52,416 bases of DNA from a virus (lineage: Duplodnaviria; Caudoviricetes): positions 1 to 52,416 of IMG/VR virus record IMGVR_UViG_3300032242_000872. One strand, written 5' to 3'. This document shows, piece by piece, positions 1-10,200 of this stretch. Below the pieces are notes generated by a model. That model was not told the DNA's origin. It was given only the letters and a program-made list of their open reading frames with translations, and ran no database searches. Every line of letters begins with the position of its first letter. Positions within the stretch are counted from its first letter, which is position 1. The position numbers were made by a program, and so were the translations under genes.

Positions 1-1
1 T

Positions 2-241
2 TCAGGGGTCGGGCGTTCTGCTAAAACTTTGCAAGATTGTGTTGGGGTTCCTATGGATGGCGGTATTGGTCCAGCTACTTTGGCTGCCGTAAAAACCCAC
101 AACAGTGCCGAATTAATTGAAAACTTTTGTGCTAGTCGCTTACAATTCCTAAAGTCCCTCAAAACTTTTCCTGTGTTTGGTAATGGTTGGGAACGTAGAG
201 TAAATGAAGTAAAAGCAGAAGCATTAAAGATGTTAGGGTAA
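2..241 (+). CDS. Endolysin, GH108-type, 3' part (peptidoglycan-binding C-terminal domain); truncated by window start
   Basis: Frame is open from base 2: SGVGRSAKTLQ...DGGIGPATLAAV...RLQFLKSLKTFPVFGNGWERRV, the typical C-terminus of GH108/PG_binding_3 lysins. Confidence 0.85.
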   Translation, partial: SGVGRSAKTLQDCVGVPMDGGIGPATLAAVKTHNSAELIENFCASRLQFLKSLKTFPVFGNGWERRVNEVKAEALKMLG

Positions 242-247
242 ACCACT

Positions 248-2398
248 ATGCCATTACAAAAACTACAGCTACGTCCAGGATTAAACCGAGAGGGTACCAA
301 CTACTCTAACGAGGGTGGATTTTATGATGGTGATAAAGTACGCTTTCGTTCAGGGTTTCCTGAAAAGATTGGAGGCTGGGTTCGTTTAAGTACAGCTAAC
401 TTCCTAGGAATATGCCGTTCTATGTGGAACTGGGCCACTTTAAATAATTCAAACTATTTAGGTATTGGTACAAATTTAAAATATTATGTTGAAAGTGGTG
501 GTAATTACAACGACATTACTCCAATTGTTGCAACAGTCAACGAAACAAATGCTATAACCACAGGATTTACTACGTTAGTAAGCACTATCAATGCTACAAC
601 AACTACATTTACTATAAATAATGGTAATAACTTCCCACCGCAAAACGGGGTAGTTAAGATTAATTCTGAAGTTATTTTTTACAATACCTTAAGTAGCAAC
701 GTTGCTACAAACTGTATTCGTGGATATGCAAATACTACGGCAGCTTCTCATACCGCTGGTGCGAACGTAGCTAGTGCTTTCTTTATTTTAAAAGACTCAA
801 ACAATGACGTAAATGACAGAGACTTTGTTATTGTTTCTAACTGTTCTGTATCTTCTGTTGGCGGTATTGCTAATACAACGATTAATGGTGAACACCAGAT
901 ATTTAAGTATTCAACAAACGTAGAATACGCATTAGCTACTACAGCTGATAACAATTTAGCCAATGTTACTTATTGCACCTCTGCTGTTTCTAATACCGCC
1001 AATGTCACTGTTGCTAATGAATATCCTGTAGGTTTGGCTGTTTACTCTCTTGGTACAGGTTGGGGAGCAGGTCCTTGGAGCCGTGGTGGATGGGGTTCTG
1101 CTTATACTGGTGCTGGTATTGGTCAGCAATTACGCCTTTGGTCTAATGATAACTTTGGCGAAAACTTAGTTTTAGCTCCTCGTGGCGGTGCTATTTTCTA
1201 TTGGTATGGAGCTGGTGGTCTTGGTACAAGGGCACAATATTTGTCTGATTTATCTACAAATTTAGGATTTCAAGGCGCTTATGTACCAAACACAACAAAC
1301 CAAATTATTGCCTCTGCTATTCAACGATTTGTTATTGCTTACGGTGCAAACTCTTATTTAAATGGTACTCCAGCAACTACGTTTGATCCAATGCTAGTAC
1401 GCTGGTCAGACCAAGAAAACCCTTATGATTGGGTTCCTTCTGTAACAAACCAAGCTGGCGAGTTCCGTTTATCCAACGGATCTTCTATTATTTGCGCCAA
1501 AGCAACCCGTCAAGAGATTCTGGTTTGGACTGATTCGGCTATATATTCCCAGCAATATTTAGGTCCTCCCTACGTTTGGGGCTTTAACATTTTGATGGAC
1601 AACATTTCTATCATATCCCCCAACTCAGCTATTACGATTAATAACGTAACTTATTGGATGGGAACTGATAAGTTCTATATGTACTCTGGTCGTGTAGAAA
1701 CTCTGCCTTGTGCGCTTCGTCAATATATCTTTTCCGATATTAATAGAGACCAAGGTTATCAAGTTACTTGCGGTGGTAATGAAGGATATAACGAAATTTG
1801 GTGGTTCTATTGTTCTACTAACAGTACCCAGATTGATAAATATGTGATTTATAACTATTTAGAACGTGTTTGGTATTACGGAGCAATTAATCGTACTGCA
1901 TGGTTAGATTCTGGTATTCGTCAAAATCCAATGGGAACATTTATAAATGGTGTAGATGATGTAGGAAATCCATTAGGACGGGTTGTATACCATGAAGTAG
2001 GTACGGATGATGCTTCTGGTATTGCTACAGTTCCTATTGTTTCCTATGTTCAATCTTCAGACTTTGACATTGGAGATGGGCATAACTTTGGGTTTGTCTG
2101 GCGTATGCTGCCTGACGTAAACTTTAACGGTTCTAACGTAGACCAGCCATCTGTAGTAATGGAAGTTCAACCACGGCAAAACAGTGGATCTGCTTATGGA
2201 ACATCTGATACTCCTACTGTAACCAGTGCTGATAACTATGTTTTGTATCCACAGTACACAATTCAGCAGTTTACTGGTCAGGTTTATACCCGTCTTAGAG
2301 GCCGTCAAATGGCGTTTAAGATTAGCTCAGACAAGCTAGGCGTTGCTTGGCAGTTAGGTAGCCCACGTATTGATATTAAAAACGATGGCAGAAGATGA
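248..2398 (+). CDS. Tail hub/nozzle (P22 gp10-like DNA stabilisation or tail tubular B-like) protein
   Basis: 716 aa; propeller-like repeats (LVRWSDQEN, ILVWTDSA, YWMGTDKFYMYSGRVETLPC, EIWWFY); sits just before the ejection genes. Confidence 0.7.
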   Translation: MPLQKLQLRPGLNREGTNYSNEGGFYDGDKVRFRSGFPEKIGGWVRLSTANFLGICRSMWNWATLNNSNYLGIGTNLKYYVESGGNYNDITPIVATVNETNAITTGFTTLVSTINATTTTFTINNGNNFPPQNGVVKINSEVIFYNTLSSNVATNCIRGYANTTAASHTAGANVASAFFILKDSNNDVNDRDFVIVSNCSVSSVGGIANTTINGEHQIFKYSTNVEYALATTADNNLANVTYCTSAVSNTANVTVANEYPVGLAVYSLGTGWGAGPWSRGGWGSAYTGAGIGQQLRLWSNDNFGENLVLAPRGGAIFYWYGAGGLGTRAQYLSDLSTNLGFQGAYVPNTTNQIIASAIQRFVIAYGANSYLNGTPATTFDPMLVRWSDQENPYDWVPSVTNQAGEFRLSNGSSIICAKATRQEILVWTDSAIYSQQYLGPPYVWGFNILMDNISIISPNSAITINNVTYWMGTDKFYMYSGRVETLPCALRQYIFSDINRDQGYQVTCGGNEGYNEIWWFYCSTNSTQIDKYVIYNYLERVWYYGAINRTAWLDSGIRQNPMGTFINGVDDVGNPLGRVVYHEVGTDDASGIATVPIVSYVQSSDFDIGDGHNFGFVWRMLPDVNFNGSNVDQPSVVMEVQPRQNSGSAYGTSDTPTVTSADNYVLYPQYTIQQFTGQVYTRLRGRQMAFKISSDKLGVAWQLGSPRIDIKNDGRR

Positions 2399-2703
2399 GT
2401 ACAGGAACTACTAAATCCCCTAACTTGCCGATTGCGCCTGTTGAATATAGCCAGCAGTATCAAGACCAGCTTAATAACGTCTTGCGCCTGTACTTTTCCC
2501 AATTGGATAACCCTGGCCCATCAGCCATGTCTACCCAACGAAACGGTGGAAAAGTCATAGCTCCAGCCATTAACTGTAGCGAAGCTAATGCTACTAATGT
2601 AAGAGTTTTAAGCCTTCCAGATCAAACCGAATTAGCTAATATTTCAGTAGGCACTGTCTACGTAGATCTTACCGCTGGAAACGTTTTGAAAGTTAAGGTT
2701 TAA
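2395..2703 (+). CDS. Small virion protein
   Basis: ATGA overlap with the upstream gene; PNLPIAPVEYSQQYQDQLNNVLRLYF N-terminus typical of genes following the tail hub. Confidence 0.55.
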   Translation: MSTGTTKSPNLPIAPVEYSQQYQDQLNNVLRLYFSQLDNPGPSAMSTQRNGGKVIAPAINCSEANATNVRVLSLPDQTELANISVGTVYVDLTAGNVLKVKV

Positions 2704-2713
2704 ATGATAAAAT
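2686..2713 (+). promoter_or_regulatory. Sigma70-type promoter for the ejection-protein operon
   Basis: TTGAAA (2686-2691), 16 nt spacer, extended -10 TGa-TAAAAT (2705-2713). Confidence 0.45.
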
Positions 2714-2741
2714 TCAATAAAATTAACCCAGCGAGGCACAT

Positions 2742-4694
2742 ATGAGCCTAAAAGAAGCAGCCCAATACTTACAATCCCAAGGTCGTGGTACAGACTCTAG
2801 GCTTATGCACGTTTCTCCACAGGAGTTACAAAGCCTGCAAACCCTTGCTATGGCTAAAGGTGGATCTTTAACTATTAATCCACATACGGGTTTACCCGAA
2901 GCTGGATTTCTTGAAGATGTTCTTCCTGTAGCAGCTGCTGGCGCTATGATGGCTTTTGCCCCAGAAGCAGCCCCATTCATTGGTGAAGGTCTAGGGCTAG
3001 GCACTGGCGCACTAGGTACTGGTGTTGGCATGGGTTTATTGGCTGGTGGATCACAAGCTGTTGGACAGTTATTGACAACTGGAAAGTTGGACTTAAATTC
3101 TGCTTTGCGTACAGGCGCTATTTCTGGATTGACAGCTGGTGCAATTAAAGGTTTTAGTGGTACTGCCCCTCCTACATCAAATGTAAAGACTGATGTTCCA
3201 GCTTTAAACATATTAAGCCAATCTCCTACTATTCCAGGCGCTGATACATCAATTATTACTACTCCAACTGTTAATAGCGGAACACAGCCAATTAATCCTG
3301 CTTCATTTAATAACGCTGTTACTACAGCTGAAGATGCAGCTGGATATGCTGGTGCAAATAACCAAGTTGCTGGAACTTCTCCGTATAATCCAAGTCCTAC
3401 TACTGCCCCTCCAGCAGTAGATAAATCATGGTGGTCTAGCCTTAGTTCAGGTCAAAAATTAGCAACAGGTCTTGGTGGTGTTGCAGGACTTTCATTGTTA
3501 GCGGGTGCTAACCAGCCAAAGATTCAGACTCCAGCATCTACGTCTTATATAAGACCTTACACTTATGCTCAGACTCGTAATCCTAATTATGGTCAGCCTG
3601 GACAAAGTTACTATAACCAAAGTTATACAGCCCAACCTATATTTAAAGCAGCCCAAGGTGGTTTAATGGGCGGTCCAGTTGAGCAAATGAGTCAAATTAA
3701 TGCTGGTCAAACTAACTATCCACAATCAGGATTGGATCATGCTACTTATGCTGTTCCAAGCCAAATGCCAACAAGCGCAGAGGTAGTTAACTCTGATTAT
3801 GACGTAAATACTAATCCGTATACAGGCGATTTAAAACGTATGGCAGCTGGAGGATCTACTGATTCTGGTTACATTCCTACATCTCAGGCCGTTCAAGATT
3901 ACAACAAAATGTTATCTAGCCGTGCAGTAGAAGAGTATTTAAATAACCCAATGCCCTCTGCAATGATGCCAGCATCACAGCGCCCAGCGTTGGCTGCTGC
4001 TCCAGCACAAGCTCCTCAAACACCACCAATTGGTCAAGATATTAATGGTTTATACCAATATTACTTAGGTAGACAACCAAGCAAAGATGAAGTGGGCCAA
4101 TGGGCTAGTCAAATTAATGGACCTGTAACACCTGATATGGCTAATTATTTCCAACAGTTTACTGGTGGTGAGCTGGCTAAAACTGGCTATAAGCCAACAG
4201 GCCCTAATCCATTTTTAGGTCAAGCTGGTCTACCAATGAATGGACCTGCAAGTTCTTTAGCTGGTCAAACTGGATTGCCACAATACACTTATAACCAAGC
4301 TACTCGTAGTTATACCCCAGTAGCCCAGCAATACACTCCTTTTGTACAGCCAGCAGTAGCTGCGCCAGTTCCTGATTCTTCTAGCGGTGGTGGTAAAGCT
4401 GGCGGTTTGATGCCTTATAACTTAGGCGGATACTCAGATGGTGGTCGTTTATTGAAAGGGCCTGGAGATGGTATGTCGGACAATATTCCAGCATCTATTG
4501 GTGATAAACAGCCAGCACGTTTGGCTGATGGTGAGTTTGTTGTTCCTGCTGACGTTGTGTCGCATCTTGGTAACGGCTCTACTGATGCTGGTGCAAAGAA
4601 GCTCTATGCCATGATGGATAAAGTTCGCACGGCTCGTACTGGAAATAAGAAACAAGGTAAGGAAATTAAAGCGGAGAAGTTCTTAAAAACATGA
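2742..4694 (+). CDS. Internal virion/ejection protein
   Basis: Gly/Ala-rich hydrophobic segments; TINPHTGLPEA motif; C-terminal GPGDGMSDNIPA...LADGEFVVPADVV domain; several hxxGG motifs. Confidence 0.65.
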   Translation: MSLKEAAQYLQSQGRGTDSRLMHVSPQELQSLQTLAMAKGGSLTINPHTGLPEAGFLEDVLPVAAAGAMMAFAPEAAPFIGEGLGLGTGALGTGVGMGLLAGGSQAVGQLLTTGKLDLNSALRTGAISGLTAGAIKGFSGTAPPTSNVKTDVPALNILSQSPTIPGADTSIITTPTVNSGTQPINPASFNNAVTTAEDAAGYAGANNQVAGTSPYNPSPTTAPPAVDKSWWSSLSSGQKLATGLGGVAGLSLLAGANQPKIQTPASTSYIRPYTYAQTRNPNYGQPGQSYYNQSYTAQPIFKAAQGGLMGGPVEQMSQINAGQTNYPQSGLDHATYAVPSQMPTSAEVVNSDYDVNTNPYTGDLKRMAAGGSTDSGYIPTSQAVQDYNKMLSSRAVEEYLNNPMPSAMMPASQRPALAAAPAQAPQTPPIGQDINGLYQYYLGRQPSKDEVGQWASQINGPVTPDMANYFQQFTGGELAKTGYKPTGPNPFLGQAGLPMNGPASSLAGQTGLPQYTYNQATRSYTPVAQQYTPFVQPAVAAPVPDSSSGGGKAGGLMPYNLGGYSDGGRLLKGPGDGMSDNIPASIGDKQPARLADGEFVVPADVVSHLGNGSTDAGAKKLYAMMDKVRTARTGNKKQGKEIKAEKFLKT

Positions 4695-5110
4695 TAGAAG
4701 TCTCTATGGTTCCCTCATCGTATGTAGATACTTGTTGGGACAAGATAGAGCCTTTTGCAGAGAAAGCAGCAAAGTATACCTACGGAAGATACACTGCTAA
4801 TAACATCTATGACAAGGTTAAAGATGATGCTTATCAGATGTGGGTTGCTTATGATGATGGTACGTTTAAAGGTTTAGTAGTAACAGAAGTTGTAACCTAC
4901 CCACAAAGAAAGTTGCTAAGTATGCACTTTTGCGGTGGAATAGAGTTAAAAGAATGGAAAGATCCTATGTTAAAGCTGCTTCAAAGGTTTGGAAAAGACA
5001 TGGGATGTGACGGAATAGAATCAGTCGGAAGACCTGGCTGGGGAAAAGTATTTGAACAAGATGGTTACAAAGCATTATGGGTAACCTATGAATTACCAAT
5101 TGGAGAATAG
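4691..5110 (+). CDS. GNAT-fold virion-associated protein (T7 gp13-like position)
   Basis: 139 aa; GLVVTEV...LSMHFCGG...GCDGIESVGRPGWGKV pattern; lies among ejection genes. Confidence 0.6.
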   Translation: MIEVSMVPSSYVDTCWDKIEPFAEKAAKYTYGRYTANNIYDKVKDDAYQMWVAYDDGTFKGLVVTEVVTYPQRKLLSMHFCGGIELKEWKDPMLKLLQRFGKDMGCDGIESVGRPGWGKVFEQDGYKALWVTYELPIGE

Positions 5111-5112
5111 AT

Positions 5113-7242
5113 ATGGGTAAAGGCTCTAGCCAACCAGCGCCATCACAGCAGTCAACGAATAACACTTCGATACCTTCATATGCACAGCCATATGTTGAGC
5201 AGATGCTTGGGCAGACCGCTGCATTAACAGACATTAATCAAAACCCATACCAAAACTATGGCGGTCAACGTGTTGCAGGGTTTACCCCAATGCAGACTCA
5301 GGCTATGACCAATGTAGGTAATATGCAAATTGCTCCTCAGTTAGGGCAAGCTACTGGATATGCTGGTCAAGCTGGTCAAGGTTATCTTGGTACTACAGGC
5401 GCTGCAATGGGTTATGGTCAGCAAGGTGCTGGATATGGTCAGCAAGCCACAGGTGCTGGGCAGGCATATCAGACGATGGCTACTGATCCTAGCCAAGTTC
5501 AAAAGTACATGAACCCCTATATTCAAGATGCTCTTAATCCACAGCTTCAATTATTAAATCAACAACAAGCATTACAAGGTCAAGGAATTGCAGCAAAGGC
5601 TGCAGGCCAAGGTGCATTTGGTGGTAATCGTGCAGCTTTGTCTCAAGGTTTAAATGCTCAGAACTATGCATTAGCTGGTCAACAAGCGATTGGTCAAGGT
5701 TATAGCGATGCATTTAAAGCAGCTCAACAAGCTCAACAGTTTGGTGCTGACTTAGGTTTACGTGGCTTACAAACTGGCATACAAGGCGCTCAAACAGGTT
5801 TACAAGGAATTAATGCTGCACAAGCTGGTTATGGTGGAGCTAATCAAGCAGCTGCTACATTAGGTCAATTAGGTCAAACTCAGTATGGTCAACAGATGGG
5901 TATCAACCAAGCTCAAATGCAAGCTGGCGCTATGCAACAAGCATTGCAACAACAAGGACTTGATGTTAACTATCAAGACTTCCTTAAAGAGCGTAACTAT
6001 CCATATCAGCAATTGGCTTTCCAATCAGATATGTTGCGTGGCTTACCGTTGTCTCAGTCTGCACAAACTATTTACTCAGCTCCTCCTAGCGCTGCCTCAC
6101 AAATTGGTGGTATTGGAACCGCTGGTTTAGGTATCTATGGTATGTCTGGAGGCTTTAAAGCCAAAGGAGGTATGGTAGGCGAAGGCTATGCCAAAGGCGG
6201 TAAGATTAGCTATGCAAGCGGTGGTGATATCTCAATGATGTCTACCGAGCAATTACAGCAATTATTAGATAGTCCAACACTGACTCCTATGGAATCAGCC
6301 ATGATTGAGCAGCAATTAATGCTTCGTGCTCGCATGGAGAATAATCCAAAGTCAGCTCAGATTATGAACAGTGGTCTGCAATCTCAAGGCGGTGGTTTAG
6401 ATACCATTCCTTCTGGAGATACATTTAATGCTGCTGGTGGCGGTATTGTAGCGTTTTCTGGAGAGACTGATGGGAGCTTGGTTCGTTCCAGCGAAAGATC
6501 TAGCACTCCAAAACCTATTCGACCAGAGATTAAAGATTATCAAAGTTTTTTAGAAAGTCAAATTCGTTCCTCTTTAGAAAATCAAGATAAAGTAAATCCT
6601 TTTGCTAAGTCTGAAGAACTTCAATCTCAATATGCAGAAGATATGAAAGCTCGCAGAGAACAGCGTCCTTATGAGCTTTTGACAGCTTTAGGATTAGGAA
6701 CTGCGGCTGGAACATCTCAATATGGTTTATCTAATTTAGGTCAAGGCGGTGTTTATGCTCTTCAACAACAGCAAAAACTGTCAGCTGAAGACGCTTCTGA
6801 TCGCAAACTTATGCTTCAACAAGCAGTTGAGCAAGAGAAATCTAAGTATGCCCGTGATACTGGCAAACTTGGTTCTATGCAAACAGCTCTTGGTCAAATG
6901 TATAGTAAAGAGATTGGACTTAAAAACGCTAACGCATCAGCAGCAAGTACTGCTGCATATCGTGATCAATTATTGGCTCAGAAATATGCAACTCTTTGGA
7001 AAGATACATTGGATGACACCAAGAACAGCCTCTTGAAACAAACTAAGTTCAATACTATTTATATGAAAGATCCTGTAAAATTCAATCGTTTAGCTGAACA
7101 AGAGGCAAAACGCAATATGCCTCCAGCTGCTCTTGATATACTTGGAAAAACTCCAGCTTTGATGGATACTGACGTTAGTAGCGGAACTTCTGCGCCAACT
7201 GGAAAAGCTCCAGCATTGCCAAAAGGTTTTGTAATACAGTAA
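5113..7242 (+). CDS. DNA ejection/pilot protein
   Basis: Gln/Gly/Ala-rich 709 aa; YMNPYIQD and GAFGGNRA motifs of podovirus DNA-transfer proteins. Confidence 0.65.
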   Translation: MGKGSSQPAPSQQSTNNTSIPSYAQPYVEQMLGQTAALTDINQNPYQNYGGQRVAGFTPMQTQAMTNVGNMQIAPQLGQATGYAGQAGQGYLGTTGAAMGYGQQGAGYGQQATGAGQAYQTMATDPSQVQKYMNPYIQDALNPQLQLLNQQQALQGQGIAAKAAGQGAFGGNRAALSQGLNAQNYALAGQQAIGQGYSDAFKAAQQAQQFGADLGLRGLQTGIQGAQTGLQGINAAQAGYGGANQAAATLGQLGQTQYGQQMGINQAQMQAGAMQQALQQQGLDVNYQDFLKERNYPYQQLAFQSDMLRGLPLSQSAQTIYSAPPSAASQIGGIGTAGLGIYGMSGGFKAKGGMVGEGYAKGGKISYASGGDISMMSTEQLQQLLDSPTLTPMESAMIEQQLMLRARMENNPKSAQIMNSGLQSQGGGLDTIPSGDTFNAAGGGIVAFSGETDGSLVRSSERSSTPKPIRPEIKDYQSFLESQIRSSLENQDKVNPFAKSEELQSQYAEDMKARREQRPYELLTALGLGTAAGTSQYGLSNLGQGGVYALQQQQKLSAEDASDRKLMLQQAVEQEKSKYARDTGKLGSMQTALGQMYSKEIGLKNANASAASTAAYRDQLLAQKYATLWKDTLDDTKNSLLKQTKFNTIYMKDPVKFNRLAEQEAKRNMPPAALDILGKTPALMDTDVSSGTSAPTGKAPALPKGFVIQ

Positions 7243-7258
7243 TTTAGAAAGACACAAT

Positions 7259-10200
7259 ATGCAAAAAGCGGTTAATCCCCAGACGGGGGAGGTGTTGTTC
7301 CTTGTTGACAATCAATGGGTAAAACCAACACAGACCGCTATCAACCCCGATACTGGGGAGAATGCATTCCTTGTAAATAACGCTTGGCAAGTCATGCCAA
7401 TGCCAAAGCCAGCTGAACCTATCGTTTCTCCAGAAGAGCAAATGATGTCTTCTGTTGGACAAACTAGCCAACAACAGCCTTCTGCAGGTGTACTTTCTGG
7501 GACTACCCTACCAGCTAATCCGCCCCCTATGGGTAACAGAGATATCTCGGAAGTAGGCACAGCTTTACCTATTACTAAAGATCTGCCCAAGCTAGATGTC
7601 AGCCAAATGCCTACTGCAGAGGAAAGGGCTGTTGCTAATTTTGGTATTAGCCCTGAGATGGGTTTTGGCGAGAAGGCTTTACGCACTGCTAAAGGCGCTT
7701 TATATGGCGCATCCACAGGTTTAGAACAAAGCTGGGCTGGTGGAGCACGTTTAATTGCCGATATAACTGGTATTAATAAAGAAGAAGTAGCCTCTGCAAG
7801 CAGACAACTTGGTAAAGAACAGGCTGCCGTTGAAAAAACCTATGCCCCTGAATATGGATTTAAGATAGCCAAAGATATTGGCTCATCGGTAGTCCAGAAC
7901 ATTCCAACGATTGGAGCTGGTTTATACGCTGGAACCAGTTCTGCATTAACAAATATGTTCCTGCAGTCATTTACTCAGACTTATGACGACAGTCGTAATG
8001 AAGGATTAGGCGTTGGTGAAAGTACGGTACGCTCTACCCTCTATGGTACAGCCGAGGCATTAGGCGAAAGCCTAGGCCTTCCTAACCTATTAAAAGGCGT
8101 TAAAGGTGCTTTAAAGGGCGTTCCTACGGTAGATCTTGCCAAGGACATGGCTAAGTACATCCTTAAAGAGATTCCAGGAGAGCAGTTCACCTATGTGTCT
8201 CAGTTTTTGACAGACAAAGGGTTTGGTCTAAACCCAGAAGCTGGATTGACAGAGTTCTTACAGGGTGCTCAAGATACCGCTTTGGTCACGGTTGGCCAGA
8301 CTGCCATTATGGGTGGTGGTCTTGGGGCTACCAACAAGATTCTCAAAGAGCTACGTGGTCTTCACTCTAAGGGTGATGAAGGCATTCCTAATGCAGCTGA
8401 TATGGTTAAGCAAGCTGGATTTAATTTTCAAAGACCAGAACCACAAGGGCAGGTAACAATTCAAGGTGCTCCACCAGAGGCGGTAATGCCACCTCAAACA
8501 GCTCCTACTGCTCCAGGAGAGGTTGCTCCATCACGAGCTGTTATTCAAGAAGGTGAGATTGAAGTTCCAGAAGAGGAGGGGGTAACAGCTGTTACACCTA
8601 CAACTGTAGTTCCTAAAAAACCAACATTTGTAAAGAAACCCAATGATCCAGCCATTGAAGCAGAGGCAATAGCTATTGCTGATGAGCTAGATAAGCTAGG
8701 TGAAAAAGGATTTGCTATCGGATTTCGTTCTAAGATTGAAAAAGATGGTGGTCTAACTAAGTCAGAAGATTTGAATTTCTATCGTAATAAATTGCTTGAG
8801 GCACAACAAAAAGCTGGCAAGGCTGAAGAAATGCCACAAGAAAAATTTAATATTGAAAACTATTTGCCAAGCTCAAATAAAGCAGAAGTTAAGCGATTTA
8901 ATCAGTACGTGCCAAATGCGCCAGAACCTGTGCGGGAAATGGTTGGCAAGTCTAATGAATACTTACAAAAGCTTACAGACAAAATCAACAGCCTTGGTTA
9001 TAAGGTATTGGATGTAGACACCAGAGCGCCACAGGAAATTCAAGAATTAAAAAGAAAAATTAGCAATATTGCTGGATCAACATTTGCCTATACAAAAAAT
9101 GCAGAGCATATTGATAAAAACAATCGTTTTGCTAATCCAGACAAATTTGAAAATATTGCTCAGACTTTAGAAAAAGATTTTGCAGATGCAGATCAATTAC
9201 TTGGTATAGAGGCTGCTAAACCACAGGCAACTGAAGTTGTGACTGAAGAAGAACAATTACCTAAATTCTCTCAGGCAGAAAACGTACCAGTCATTCCTGA
9301 AGGGCAAACTGTAGATTCTACTAATCCAGAAGTTCTTAAAAAATTCAATGAGATTATTGAAACTTATGAACCAGAAAGTGGTATCTCGCAGGAAGATAGT
9401 TTTTTATCTGCTATTAATGAAGATGTTCAATCAAAAATTGAAGAAACAAAAGCGCCTCCATTTAAAAAGGGATATGTATCTACAGTTAGTTATGAAGTAG
9501 CCCCATTTAATGGTGGATGGGTAGGCGGTAGCAGCATTATGAGTGCTACTGGTGGCTATGCTTCTGGAGCCAGTATTTGGGATAAGGTTTACCCAACTAA
9601 ACAAGAAGCAATCAATGCACAAATTGATGAACTTCGTGATTCAGCTAAGATTTATGGCAATACCAAAGCATTGGCATGGTTAGATTCTGTTGATCCACGT
9701 TTAACCAAAGAATCCAAAATTGAAACTAATAAAGTTCGTCAGACTGAGAAGAAAACTAAAGCCAAGCCAATAGAAAAGCCTGTTGAAAGGGTAAAGCCAG
9801 TAGAGGCTAAAGAAGAAAAACCAGTTACTACTGAAGCTCTTGAAAAAGCCGTAACTAAAGCTGGAGAGAAAGTTGATTACGACAAGATCAAGAAGTCTGC
9901 TGAGAATCAAATAAATCAAGCCATCAAGCGCACTAAATACATGACCGAAGAAGCGTACAAAGATGCCAAGATTCCAGATGCGGAACGCTTTGTCACTATC
10001 AAACTTGAGGGCGATGGATCATTTAAAGTAAAGAATAATAAAGAACGTCTTGAAGAGTTTAAGAAAAAGTTAGTAAACGCTATCAAGCCTAAACAAGCTG
10101 GCACTCCACGAAGAGAATGGGAAAGCGCAGCTGTAGGATTTAAGGCAGATTCTGCATTTAAAAATTTCCTAAATGAGAAAGAGCCTGAAACAGCGATAGC

